Below are positions 10,078 through 18,801 of a DNA stretch of 64,000 nucleotides, piece by piece. The notes beneath the pieces are model-generated. The model saw only the letters and a list, made by a program, of their open reading frames with translations, was not told the origin of the DNA and did no database searches. The position numbers and the translations under genes are program-made. The stretch is taken from positions 124,001-188,000 of IMG/VR virus record IMGVR_UViG_3300024259_002152, one strand, 5' to 3'. The stretch's first letter is position 1; each line of letters begins with the position of its first letter.

Positions 10078-10526
10078 AAACTTCATATTATTACGAAAAG
10101 GCAAAAGACCTAAATGCCGTGTCTATAGCAGCTAAAGCTCCATCATGGTATAAGGGAAGAGAGTATAAAAAACTTGCTCCTAAATATTGGTTTTTTAAGA
10201 AATATAAAAAGGATGAAGATGAAGATTTTTATACAGAGCATTACTATAAAGAAGTGTTGGACAAGTTAGATCCAGCAGAGGTGTATAAAGAACTAGGGAA
10301 AGATGCTATTCTTCTTTGCTGGGAAGCTCCAGATAAATTCTGCCATAGACATATTGTTGCAGAATGGCTGGCGTATAGATTAGGAGTAAAAGTGGAGGAG
10401 TATAAGAGTATAGATGATATTATTGATGAATGGCATAAAGGGGATAGTGATCTTGAGTTGCACGAGTATTTAGGAATGAGTTTAGAAGAATATGGTAAGT
10501 TTGTAAAGGGAGAATACAATGAATAA
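10074..10526 (+). CDS. DUF488-family protein with a C-terminal extra domain
   Basis: KKLAP, LLCWE and FCHRHIVAEWL motifs. Confidence 0.75.
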   Translation: MKTSYYYEKAKDLNAVSIAAKAPSWYKGREYKKLAPKYWFFKKYKKDEDEDFYTEHYYKEVLDKLDPAEVYKELGKDAILLCWEAPDKFCHRHIVAEWLAYRLGVKVEEYKSIDDIIDEWHKGDSDLELHEYLGMSLEEYGKFVKGEYNE

Positions 10527-10547
10527 AAAGATGATAGGAGTAGTATC

Positions 10548-10928
10548 GTGGAAACAGATTCTGATAGATTAAAAAAAATGCAGACAAAAGTGGTTGAGCT
10601 TAAGAAAAAGCTACAAAAGAAACAGACTATTCGAGAATATCTAGAAGATATTCCAAAGAGTTGTTATAAATTAGGTGCTGTTGTAAGATTTTTAAATAAT
10701 TGTAAAAAGAAATATAAAAAGTATAAGTCTTTTGATGTTTATGGATCTCAAAATTATGATGGATCGAGTGGTATCAGAATTTATGGACTAAGATTTGAGA
10801 CGGAAAAAGAATATACACAAAGAACGGGAAAAACTAAATATCAGAGACAAAAAGATGCATTGGCTGACAGGAAAATGGAAAAAGAGAAATTAAGAGAGTT
10901 GATGATAAAATATCCTGAAGGAGTTTGA
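10548..10928 (+). CDS. hypothetical protein
   Basis: AGGAG RBS plus GTG start. Confidence 0.6.
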   Translation: METDSDRLKKMQTKVVELKKKLQKKQTIREYLEDIPKSCYKLGAVVRFLNNCKKKYKKYKSFDVYGSQNYDGSSGIRIYGLRFETEKEYTQRTGKTKYQRQKDALADRKMEKEKLRELMIKYPEGV

Positions 10929-10941
10929 TAAGGGGAATAAT

Positions 10942-11277
10942 ATGATATATTCCGTTGATAAAACATTTTTTCTTTCTACGGAAGATAGATATCCTATCTC
11001 TCCTTTTAAATATGAAAAGAAAATAAGTAAAGACAAAGGATATATAATAGATAAAGATGGTATTATATGGATATTAACACATATGGTATTAGATGATAAG
11101 GATTATGGACAATGTTATTATGATGGTTGTTTAAGAGAATGTGTTACTTATATCGTTATGTATGACGGTTATTATAATTATCTAAATGTGAGATCACACA
11201 TAAAAGAGCATCTTGCTCCTAAAGAGAAATTTTATAACGAATTTTTAGGCCAATATGATAATGTTGGAAAATTATAA
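10942..11277 (+). CDS. hypothetical protein
   Basis: AAGGGG RBS plus ATG. Confidence 0.6.
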   Translation: MIYSVDKTFFLSTEDRYPISPFKYEKKISKDKGYIIDKDGIIWILTHMVLDDKDYGQCYYDGCLRECVTYIVMYDGYYNYLNVRSHIKEHLAPKEKFYNEFLGQYDNVGKL

Positions 11278-11292
11278 GATAAGGAGATTTTC

Positions 11293-11631
11293 ATGGAAGT
11301 AGGATTTGTTTTCAAAGCAAATGATAGGTTATTTATTTCAGAATATTTGGGTAATAATAATTTTTCGGATGGTTATCCAATTAGTAATAATGAACCGTAT
11401 GAAGAACTAGGGGAAAATCAATTAGCTTTTGTTGAGATTGTTAAATACCCAACGGAAGATGGAGATATTGTATTTGAATTAAAAGATCATGGTTTTTATA
11501 CTATTGATAATGACTTTAGAGAGGGTGTAAAGGGCTATGAAATTTTGTTGGAGGTAGAGTGCAGAAGTAAATTATGTGAGATTGTAGAAGAATTAACAAA
11601 TAATGCTCTTCAAGATATTAGAAGAAATTAA
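11293..11631 (+). CDS. hypothetical protein
   Basis: AAGGAG RBS plus ATG. Confidence 0.65.
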   Translation: MEVGFVFKANDRLFISEYLGNNNFSDGYPISNNEPYEELGENQLAFVEIVKYPTEDGDIVFELKDHGFYTIDNDFREGVKGYEILLEVECRSKLCEIVEELTNNALQDIRRN

Positions 11632-11649
11632 GAAATAAGGAGAAATAAT

Positions 11650-12681
11650 ATGAATGTAGTTTTAGTCATACCAACTGGTATTGGTTGCGAAATCGGCGGC
11701 GACGCAGGAGATGCTCAACCAGCAGCTAGATTAATAGGATCTTGTTGTGATAAATTGATTCTTCATCCAAACGTTGTCAATGCGTCGGACATCAATGAGA
11801 TGCCTCCTAATGCGTGGTATGTTGAGGGGTCCATCCTAGATAGGTTCCTAGAGGGTCGTATCATTTTGAAAAAACCTTATAGTAATAAGATTTTAGTGGT
11901 AGTAAATGCTCCAGCCGATTATCAATCTATTAATGCCGTTTCTGCCGCAAGGGCTTCTTTAGGTATAGATGCAGAGATAGTTGAATTAGAGACTCCTTTA
12001 GAACTTATTGCCAGAATGGAAAATGGTTTGGCTACGGGAGATGTTCATGGTTGGGAAGCACTAATTAGACAGGTTCAGGATTATGAGTTTGATGCTTTAG
12101 CTATTGCTACTCCTATTACTATTTCTGAAGATGATCTTATATACTATTTTAGAGAAGGTGGAGTAAATCCTGTAGGAGGGGTTGAAGCTGTGGCTTCTAA
12201 AATAATTGCTGATAGGATAAATAAGCCAGTGGCTCACGGTCCTGTTGATTATAGTATGAAAGAATTTCGGGAAGTAGTTGATCCAAGAAAAGCAGTTGAA
12301 ATAATTACAGAGAATTATATTCATTGTATATTGAAAGGACTTCATCAAGCTCCAAGAATAGTTGATGTAGGGTGGGGAGTTCGAGGTGTCCCAGAATTTT
12401 CTGTAAATTGGCTGACTCTTCCTGACATAGATGTTATGATAAGTCCTATGGGATGTTTTGGTCCTCCTCATAGGGCTTGTTTAGCCAGTAATATACCTAT
12501 CATAGTAGTTCGGGAGAACACGACTGTTTTGAATGATTTTGAGGATGGAGATGAGAGATTTATATTTGTTGATAATTATATTGAAGCAGCAGGTATGATT
12601 ATGAGTATGAGAGCAGGAGTTCATCCTCCTACTGTTAGAAGACCGTTAGAATATACGAAAGTTACAAAAAATAGGTTTTGA
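11650..12681 (+). CDS. DUF3326-family protein
   Basis: LVIPTGIGCEIGGDAGDA, LILHPNVVNASD, YVEG and GGVEA motifs. Confidence 0.85.
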   Translation: MNVVLVIPTGIGCEIGGDAGDAQPAARLIGSCCDKLILHPNVVNASDINEMPPNAWYVEGSILDRFLEGRIILKKPYSNKILVVVNAPADYQSINAVSAARASLGIDAEIVELETPLELIARMENGLATGDVHGWEALIRQVQDYEFDALAIATPITISEDDLIYYFREGGVNPVGGVEAVASKIIADRINKPVAHGPVDYSMKEFREVVDPRKAVEIITENYIHCILKGLHQAPRIVDVGWGVRGVPEFSVNWLTLPDIDVMISPMGCFGPPHRACLASNIPIIVVRENTTVLNDFEDGDERFIFVDNYIEAAGMIMSMRAGVHPPTVRRPLEYTKVTKNRF

Positions 12682-12684
12682 CAG

Positions 12685-13800
12685 ATGGACAAAAAAGAAT
12701 TTTGTAAAAAATGTAATATTTCTTTGAAAGAACTAGAAGAATATATATCAGGAAAAATGATTTTTCATGATGTCGATTTTCGAGACTTATTACTAGTTAA
12801 AAATCAGACAGAAGAGATATGTTTAGAAGCAGTTAAGCAAAATGGCTATGCTTTGCATTATGTTGAAGATCAAACAGAACAAATCTGTTTAGAAGCAGTC
12901 AAACAAAATGGTTTGGTTTTAGAATATGTTGAAGATCAAACAGAACAAATTTGTTTAGAAGCGGTTAGACAAAACAGTTGTGTTTTGGAGTTTGTTGAAA
13001 AACAAACAGAACGAATTTGTTTAGAGGCAGTGAAAAAAGGAGGTTTTGCTGTAAAGCATGTTAGAAATCAAACAGAACAAATTTGTTTAGAAGCGGTCAG
13101 GCAAACTGGTCTGGCTTTGGAGTTTGTTGAAGATAGAACAGAATACGTATGTCTAGAAGCAATTAAGCAAACTAGTAATGCTTTGAGATACATTGAAGAT
13201 CAAACAGAAGAGATATGTTTTAAGGCGATTAGGAAAAATGGTCGTGCTATTCAATATGTTAAGAATCAAACAGAACAAATTTGTATAGAAGCAGTCAAAC
13301 AAAATGGAGGTGCTTTGCAATTTATTAAAAAACAGACAGAACAAATATGTTTAGAAGCTGTTAAACAAAATGGTTATGTTTTGCGTTATGTTAAAAATCA
13401 AACAGATGAAATCCGTTTAGAGGCAGTCAAACAATATGGTTTATCTTTGCAATTTGTTGAAAATAAGACAGAAAAAATATGTATAGAAGCAATAAGACAA
13501 ACTGGGACTGCCTTATTGTTTGTCGAGAATCAGACCGAACAAATGTGTTTAGAGGCAGTTAAACAAAATAGTTATGTTGTGAGATATGTCAAAAATCAAA
13601 AAGAAAAAATATGTGAGTTATTGTCAAAAAAACATCCTATTTTTATCCAGTACTCAGATAATTTTGATCTTGATCATATAGTTGAGCTAATAGGTAAAAA
13701 TAGGAAAGTGCTTAATTTTGTAGATTGGGATAGAGTTAATTTTGATAAAACAAAGAAAAGAAAGAAAATTAACAATAGGTTTGAAATATTAGATTTATGA
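12685..13800 (+). CDS. DUF4116-type repeat protein with C-terminal RFEILDL
   Basis: 12 tandem 22-aa repeats QTEQICLEAVKQNGxALxYVxN; terminal motif at 13777-13800. Confidence 0.85.
   Translation: MDKKEFCKKCNISLKELEEYISGKMIFHDVDFRDLLLVKNQTEEICLEAVKQNGYALHYVEDQTEQICLEAVKQNGLVLEYVEDQTEQICLEAVRQNSCVLEFVEKQTERICLEAVKKGGFAVKHVRNQTEQICLEAVRQTGLALEFVEDRTEYVCLEAIKQTSNALRYIEDQTEEICFKAIRKNGRAIQYVKNQTEQICIEAVKQNGGALQFIKKQTEQICLEAVKQNGYVLRYVKNQTDEIRLEAVKQYGLSLQFVENKTEKICIEAIRQTGTALLFVENQTEQMCLEAVKQNSYVVRYVKNQKEKICELLSKKHPIFIQYSDNFDLDHIVELIGKNRKVLNFVDWDRVNFDKTKKRKKINNRFEILDL
12805..13596 (+). repeat. 12 x 66-bp degenerate coding tandem repeat
   Basis: Recurring caaacagaacaaat(t/c)tgtttagaagc with 66-bp period. 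Confidence 0.9.
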
Positions 13801-14096
13801 AATACGGAATAGGCAACAAGGTAAGGATTAAAACATGGGACCAGATGGAGGAAGAATTTGGACTGATTAATGAAACCTATATAAAAATTGATCCATGTTT
13901 TTGTCGTTTTATGGAAAAAGAGATTAATGGATTAAACAATGGCAGAATTGTAACAATTAAAGATACTAAAGGACCAAAATGGTATAAGTTAGAAGAAATA
14001 GGTTATATCTGTGTTGATGATATGATCGAATGTCTAGCAGAAGATTATGTGGAACCAATACCTATTGGGAATAGGTTTGAAATATTAGATTTGTAA
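13797..14096 (+). CDS. hypothetical protein (possibly SH3/KOW-like) with C-terminal RFEILDL
   Basis: MKYGIGNKVRIK start; motif at 14073-14096. Confidence 0.7.
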   Translation: MKYGIGNKVRIKTWDQMEEEFGLINETYIKIDPCFCRFMEKEINGLNNGRIVTIKDTKGPKWYKLEEIGYICVDDMIECLAEDYVEPIPIGNRFEILDL

Positions 14097-14111
14097 GAAA
14101 GGAAAAATAAA

Positions 14112-14579
14112 ATGGCAATTAATTCAGAATTATTATTATTTATAGAACCAAAAGAAAAACCTTCTAACATTCCTATTATTGACGAGTTGACTAAAAAGAT
14201 GTCGGCTTCGTTGAGGAAAGCTAAAAAGGGAACTATACGTAGGTATAGTGTAATGGGTCAGGGGTATGAGTTTAATGAGGGAGATGGATGGTGTGGTTGG
14301 CATAATTGCTCATGTGGAGCAAATGCAGGAGGGCATGACTTTTTATTGTCTAATGGAGAGATGACTAACGCAAATTGTATTCATTATTTAGCATATCATA
14401 GAAAAGAAATATCACAAGAGCAATTAGATAGAGTTGCTAATTTAGGTGATGGTCAAGAAACTCCTGATAGTTATGAGTTAGAAAGAGGTAGAGAAGAATG
14501 GGTTAAACTCATGAATCCTGGCAGATCGAAAAAAGCCATGACTAGACAAGAATATTTAGATGGAATAAAACAAATATGA
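14112..14579 (+). CDS. hypothetical Cys/His-containing protein
   Basis: GWHNCSCG...CIHYLAYHR; AAAGGA RBS. Confidence 0.65.
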   Translation: MAINSELLLFIEPKEKPSNIPIIDELTKKMSASLRKAKKGTIRRYSVMGQGYEFNEGDGWCGWHNCSCGANAGGHDFLLSNGEMTNANCIHYLAYHRKEISQEQLDRVANLGDGQETPDSYELERGREEWVKLMNPGRSKKAMTRQEYLDGIKQI

Positions 14580-14878
14580 AAGACAATAAAATTATTTGTT
14601 TATGTGGTTCTACAAAATTTAAGAAAGAATTTGAAGAAGCGACATGGGAGCAATCGTTAAAAGAGAAAATAGTTTTATCGGTTTGTTGTTTTACTCATCA
14701 TGATAATCTTAAATGGTCTGATGAGCAACTATTACTATTCCATGATCTGCATAAGAGGAAGATAGAGATGGCAGATGAGATATTAGTTGTGAATGTTGGT
14801 GGATATATAGGAAAGACTACAAAGGAAGAGATAAAATATGCCGAATCATTAGGAAAAACGGTTATATATCAATATTAG
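14576..14878 (+). CDS. nucleoside 2-deoxyribosyltransferase-like (DUF4406-like) protein
   Basis: ICLCGSTKF...HKRKIEMADEILVVNVGGYIGKTTKEEIKYA. Confidence 0.65.
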   Translation: MKDNKIICLCGSTKFKKEFEEATWEQSLKEKIVLSVCCFTHHDNLKWSDEQLLLFHDLHKRKIEMADEILVVNVGGYIGKTTKEEIKYAESLGKTVIYQY

Positions 14879-14882
14879 ATTT

Positions 14883-15143
14883 ATGAGCAAATGGATATCA
14901 ATAAATAAAGAACTTCCTCCTTTGAATACATCAGTAGAGATTATATATAATGATCGAATATCTCATGCTAAATTATTTAAGAATAAGAAAGGAATAGTAA
15001 TGTGGAAAGTATCAAATACTTCCTTAAGCGATCCAAGAAGTCTTTATTATAATATTAAATTTGAGCAAAAAGAAGTTCATTTTTGGAGAGAAGAAGAGAT
15101 ATTTGAACCAATTGGGAATAGATTCGAAATATTAGATTTGTAG
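14883..15143 (+). CDS. DUF551-like protein with C-terminal RFEILDL
   Basis: KWISINKELP...VHFW; motif at 15120-15143. Confidence 0.65.
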   Translation: MSKWISINKELPPLNTSVEIIYNDRISHAKLFKNKKGIVMWKVSNTSLSDPRSLYYNIKFEQKEVHFWREEEIFEPIGNRFEILDL

Positions 15144-15159
15144 TTTTTTGAGAAATAGT

Positions 15160-15203
15160 AAAAAGTGGATAATGCAATATTTTTTGCACTGTCCATTTTT
15201 TTT
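15160..15203 (+). terminator. probable intrinsic terminator hairpin
   Basis: aaaaagtggataatgcaa / ttgcactgtccatttttt imperfect stem (2 G-U pairs, 1 mismatch) running into a T8 tract. Confidence 0.55.
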
Positions 15204-15282
15204 GAGAAAAAAGGAGGATTTTGAAGCGTAATATAATAATTAGTATTACAGACTTACAAAATTGCACGATTACGGAAAAAAG

Positions 15283-15798
15283 ATGGCTAAAGATATAATA
15301 GGATTTTACGAGGGTAGAGCTAGGAACCAAGAGGGATATACTATTGACGATATAAGTGGATTTACTGATGCAGGATTGGAGAAAAATCATTGTTATATAC
15401 AGTGGATATTTCCTTTGCCAGAAAAAAGTAAAGCAGTTCCTACTTCTCCTATATTAAGACAAGGAGATATAGACGAATTTAATCGTCGTCCTGATTTACA
15501 GAAGAAGATGAGAACTATGTTTGAAATTATGCTTATGTTCTATGGTCTTAATATTTACGAACATAAAGTAAGAACTTCTTTTGAGCATTGGCATTATAGA
15601 TATCCTGTGTGGTTAACTCCTCGTAATCATAATTTTTTAAGAATAAGTAGAATAATTAGATCTGCGAAGTTATTAGGGTTAAAGGGAGAGGCGCAAATGT
15701 TTTATGATTTTTTGTGCAATATTTATAAAGATAATAAAGGGACCATAGGTCCTGTTACAAAACAATTTTGGGACGAGGCCATAACTAAAGATTTTTAA
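15283..15798 (+). CDS. opioid growth factor receptor (OGFr) conserved-domain protein
   Basis: LEKNHCYIQWIFPL and NHNFLRISRIIRS motifs. Confidence 0.85.
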   Translation: MAKDIIGFYEGRARNQEGYTIDDISGFTDAGLEKNHCYIQWIFPLPEKSKAVPTSPILRQGDIDEFNRRPDLQKKMRTMFEIMLMFYGLNIYEHKVRTSFEHWHYRYPVWLTPRNHNFLRISRIIRSAKLLGLKGEAQMFYDFLCNIYKDNKGTIGPVTKQFWDEAITKDF

Positions 15799-15812
15799 AT
15801 AGGAGAAAGATA

Positions 15813-16127
15813 ATGACAAAAAGAAAGAAAAATGAAAATATAGTAGATCTTAGAAAGAGAGCATCAGATCAAGAGATTATGGACATCTCTCCTGATCCTA
15901 TAATTTGTGATACAGATAATAGTGATGCTAATATTATTCTAGAAACAAGATTAAACGGTTATAGACAAGATAATACTAGGGTATTTTCTATGAGAATGAA
16001 TGAAGATTTATTGACACATATTAAGCAAATAGCGAGAAAAAAGTCTGTCGAATTAAAAAGAGATGTTCCTTATCAATTTCTTATGATCCAAGCTATTGAA
16101 GAGAAATATCCTCTTTCCGAGGAATAA
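15813..16127 (+). CDS. ribbon-helix-helix-like DNA-binding protein
   Basis: C-terminal VFSMRMNEDLLTHIKQIA...PYQFLMIQAI. Confidence 0.55.
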   Translation: MTKRKKNENIVDLRKRASDQEIMDISPDPIICDTDNSDANIILETRLNGYRQDNTRVFSMRMNEDLLTHIKQIARKKSVELKRDVPYQFLMIQAIEEKYPLSEE

Positions 16128-16129
16128 TA

Positions 16130-16849
16130 ATGCAAGTAAGTGATTTTAGAGATAAAAATAAAGGGGAGATAACTTTTTTATTAGGAAGTGGTCCTTCTCT
16201 TCATGATGTAAATATAGATATTATAAAGAATTATTTATGTATAGCAGTTAATTCAAGTATAGATAAATATTCTGATTGTGATTTTTTTATATCTGATGAC
16301 TCTGACATAAAAAGTTGGAATTACTATGACGTTATTAAAAAATCTCCATGTGTCAAATTTTTCTACGAGAAGAAATTTAAGAATATAGTTAGTGATTGGA
16401 AAAATATTATTTTATATGATCACAAGAGTTGGTATTCACCAGAAAACAACAGTTATTATTTGGACGGATTGAGACTTACTAAAGATGAACCGATAATAGG
16501 GGCAAGAATCTCTATGGGCTCCGCTTTGCATATTGCCTATATCCTAGGTTGTAATCCTATCGTATTGATTGGGAATGACGCGAGGGTAGTAGATGGTAAA
16601 AGATATTATTGGCAATTTCCTGGCGAGAAAAAACAATATCGCATAAAAGGTAGAAAATTTACTCGTCAAACTCAACAAATAGGTTTCGATGAAAAAGCTT
16701 ATAGAAAATATTGGGAGAGTTTTGCAGAAGTAAATAAAGATATTATAGGAAAAGAAATTAACATTATAGATGCTTCTAATAGTAGTTTAGATTGTTTTCC
16801 GAAGATGACTATTGAGGAAGTATTAGAAAAGGAGAATAAAAATGAGTAA
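16130..16849 (+). CDS. DUF115/Maf/MptE-like protein
   Basis: FLLGSGPSL, IAVN, SALHIAYILG...LIGND motifs. Confidence 0.7.
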   Translation: MQVSDFRDKNKGEITFLLGSGPSLHDVNIDIIKNYLCIAVNSSIDKYSDCDFFISDDSDIKSWNYYDVIKKSPCVKFFYEKKFKNIVSDWKNIILYDHKSWYSPENNSYYLDGLRLTKDEPIIGARISMGSALHIAYILGCNPIVLIGNDARVVDGKRYYWQFPGEKKQYRIKGRKFTRQTQQIGFDEKAYRKYWESFAEVNKDIIGKEINIIDASNSSLDCFPKMTIEEVLEKENKNE

Positions 16850-17456
16850 AGATAAAGGTATTGTGATGGCTAACGGGGTGGTCCTGAAGGATGGTTTAAA
16901 TAGATTTAAAGCTGATAGGGGGATAGTGTCACAATCTATGTCTCGTATTGCTAAAATATCAAAGGGTTTATATTCTGGGATTCTAAATTCAGATCCTGAT
17001 TTTGTTGAATTTCAGGAAGAAGCTATGGAAGGTGTTATAACAAAAGAAATTGATAAACTTTGTGATAAAGTGGTTTTAGGAGCAGAAAATCAATTGCAGA
17101 AAATATCTGCGCAAATGGTGGCCGATAGGGCAGCAAATTATCGATATTCGGGTAGTGAGAGTCGTCACTCCAATGTTGAAGAGATAGATTTATCTAAAGG
17201 TGAAGATCCAATTAGAGTTAGAGCACGGAAACCAGAAGAGAAAAAAGTTGTTATAAAAGCACAAGATTTAATCAAAGATGAAAGTAACAGGCGTGCCTGT
17301 CTAAATAAAGAAGAATTAGAGAATATAAAAGAAGTTAATAAAGATGTTAAGAAGATATCTGATCTGAGAGATAAAATATTTAAGAAAATTTCAAAAAAGA
17401 AAACGAAAAAATCTGTTAAAAAAGTAATAAGAAAAAAAGGAGTAAATAAAAAATGA
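16842..17456 (+). CDS. hypothetical protein with Lys-rich C-terminal tail
   Basis: AAGGAG RBS; ends KKISKKKTKKSVKKVIRKKGVNKK. Confidence 0.7.
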   Translation: MSKDKGIVMANGVVLKDGLNRFKADRGIVSQSMSRIAKISKGLYSGILNSDPDFVEFQEEAMEGVITKEIDKLCDKVVLGAENQLQKISAQMVADRAANYRYSGSESRHSNVEEIDLSKGEDPIRVRARKPEEKKVVIKAQDLIKDESNRRACLNKEELENIKEVNKDVKKISDLRDKIFKKISKKKTKKSVKKVIRKKGVNKK

Positions 17457-18019
17457 AAGAAAAAACAATTATAATTAAAGATGGTGTAAAATTAGATTTA
17501 TCAACTCTTAGCGAAGAGTGGATAGATGAAGAGATATTGGGAAAAGAAATGCAATATATATCTAGAATGACAGAAGGATTAACAACAGGAACCATGTCTA
17601 GTGATAAGGAATATATCCTTTTAAAAAATAAGGTTGTTGATGAAATGATCAAAAATAAAGTTGTATCCCTAAAAAAGGAATTATGTGAGGCAGCGAAGAA
17701 AAAAACTGACATTTATGACCAAGCGGATATGATTCAGGCGCAAGCCCTCCAGAGGATTCAGGATAATGCAAGAGCAGTAGCTAGAGAGAATGATAGGGAG
17801 ATGCCTATAGATAAATTAAAGGATATCGTAACAAAATACAACCTAAAAGATCCTGCCCTTGATTGCATAGCTGATCATCCCAACATCGAGAAAGTAGCAG
17901 GAAAGGTGCAGAAAAAGACGATAAAAAAGAAGAAAGTTAAGAAAAAAATACTTAAGAAAAAAATAGCTAGGAAAAAAATAGTTAAGAAAAAGGTTACTAA
18001 GAAACGTGATAGGCGATAA
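17453..18019 (+). CDS. hypothetical protein with histone H1-like pentapeptide tail
   Basis: KKTIK-KKKVK-KKILK-KKIAR-KKIVK-KKVTK. Confidence 0.7.
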   Translation: MKEKTIIIKDGVKLDLSTLSEEWIDEEILGKEMQYISRMTEGLTTGTMSSDKEYILLKNKVVDEMIKNKVVSLKKELCEAAKKKTDIYDQADMIQAQALQRIQDNARAVARENDREMPIDKLKDIVTKYNLKDPALDCIADHPNIEKVAGKVQKKTIKKKKVKKKILKKKIARKKIVKKKVTKKRDRR

Positions 18020-18737
18020 AAAGATATTAACTATAGTTACGGCTCGTGGTGGGTCGAAAGGAATTCCAGGGAAAAATTACCGAGATTTATGTGGATATCC
18101 TTTATTCATGTGGTCCATGTTGGCTTCTTTAGAATCAAAATATATTGATGCTACTATTTTATCTTCTAATTGTGATGAGTGTTTGAGAATTTGTGAGCAA
18201 TGTGCAGGAGAGGTAGATAAAGATAAGACATATGGTTGGATTGTAAGACCAGACGAATATGCTACAGATCTTTCTAAGAATGAAGATGCTCTTATTCATG
18301 CTCTGAAATTTCTTAATGAAGAATATGATGTTGTTATAAATTTACAACCTACCTCTCCTTGCAGATTGGATGGATTGTTAGATAGAAGTATCGAAGCATA
18401 TTATAAAGGAGGATATGACAGTTTATTGACCGCTGGTAAAGATACTCCTTTTATATGGCAAAAAATAGATGAAAAATGGGAATATACTGTTGATAAGAAT
18501 CCTTCTTGTGAAAGGAAGATGAGGCAAGAGTTCGATGAAAATGAATTTATCTTTCATGACAACGGCAACATTTACCTAGTAGAAAGTGAAATTTTACTTG
18601 ACACAGAATGTAGAATAGGGTATAACCCATGTGTTGTAGAGACAAGTGGTATAAATAATATCCAAATTGACCAAGAGTTTGATTTTCTTTTAATCTCTAA
18701 ACTATTGGAATCAATGAAGTTAGAAAGACCAATATGA
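18006..18737 (+). CDS. acylneuraminate cytidylyltransferase (NeuA family) #1
   Basis: TARGGSKGIPGKN, LQPTSP and NGNIY motifs. Confidence 0.9.
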   Translation: MIGDKKILTIVTARGGSKGIPGKNYRDLCGYPLFMWSMLASLESKYIDATILSSNCDECLRICEQCAGEVDKDKTYGWIVRPDEYATDLSKNEDALIHALKFLNEEYDVVINLQPTSPCRLDGLLDRSIEAYYKGGYDSLLTAGKDTPFIWQKIDEKWEYTVDKNPSCERKMRQEFDENEFIFHDNGNIYLVESEILLDTECRIGYNPCVVETSGINNIQIDQEFDFLLISKLLESMKLERPI

Positions 18738-18801
18738 TGAAAATAAAGGAATTGATTATCTTTTTACAGAACGTTATTGTAGTTTTGTAAAGGAGATAAA
18801 T

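Noticed and set aside
12670-12681. DUF3326 ends in NRF* (aataggttttga), resembling a truncated tag
   Set aside because: No frame gives ILDL afterwards; three residues are not enough evidence
12805-13596. 66-bp periodic repeat as a CRISPR array
   Set aside because: The repeats are degenerate at synonymous positions, stay in frame, have no unique spacers, and no cas genes are present
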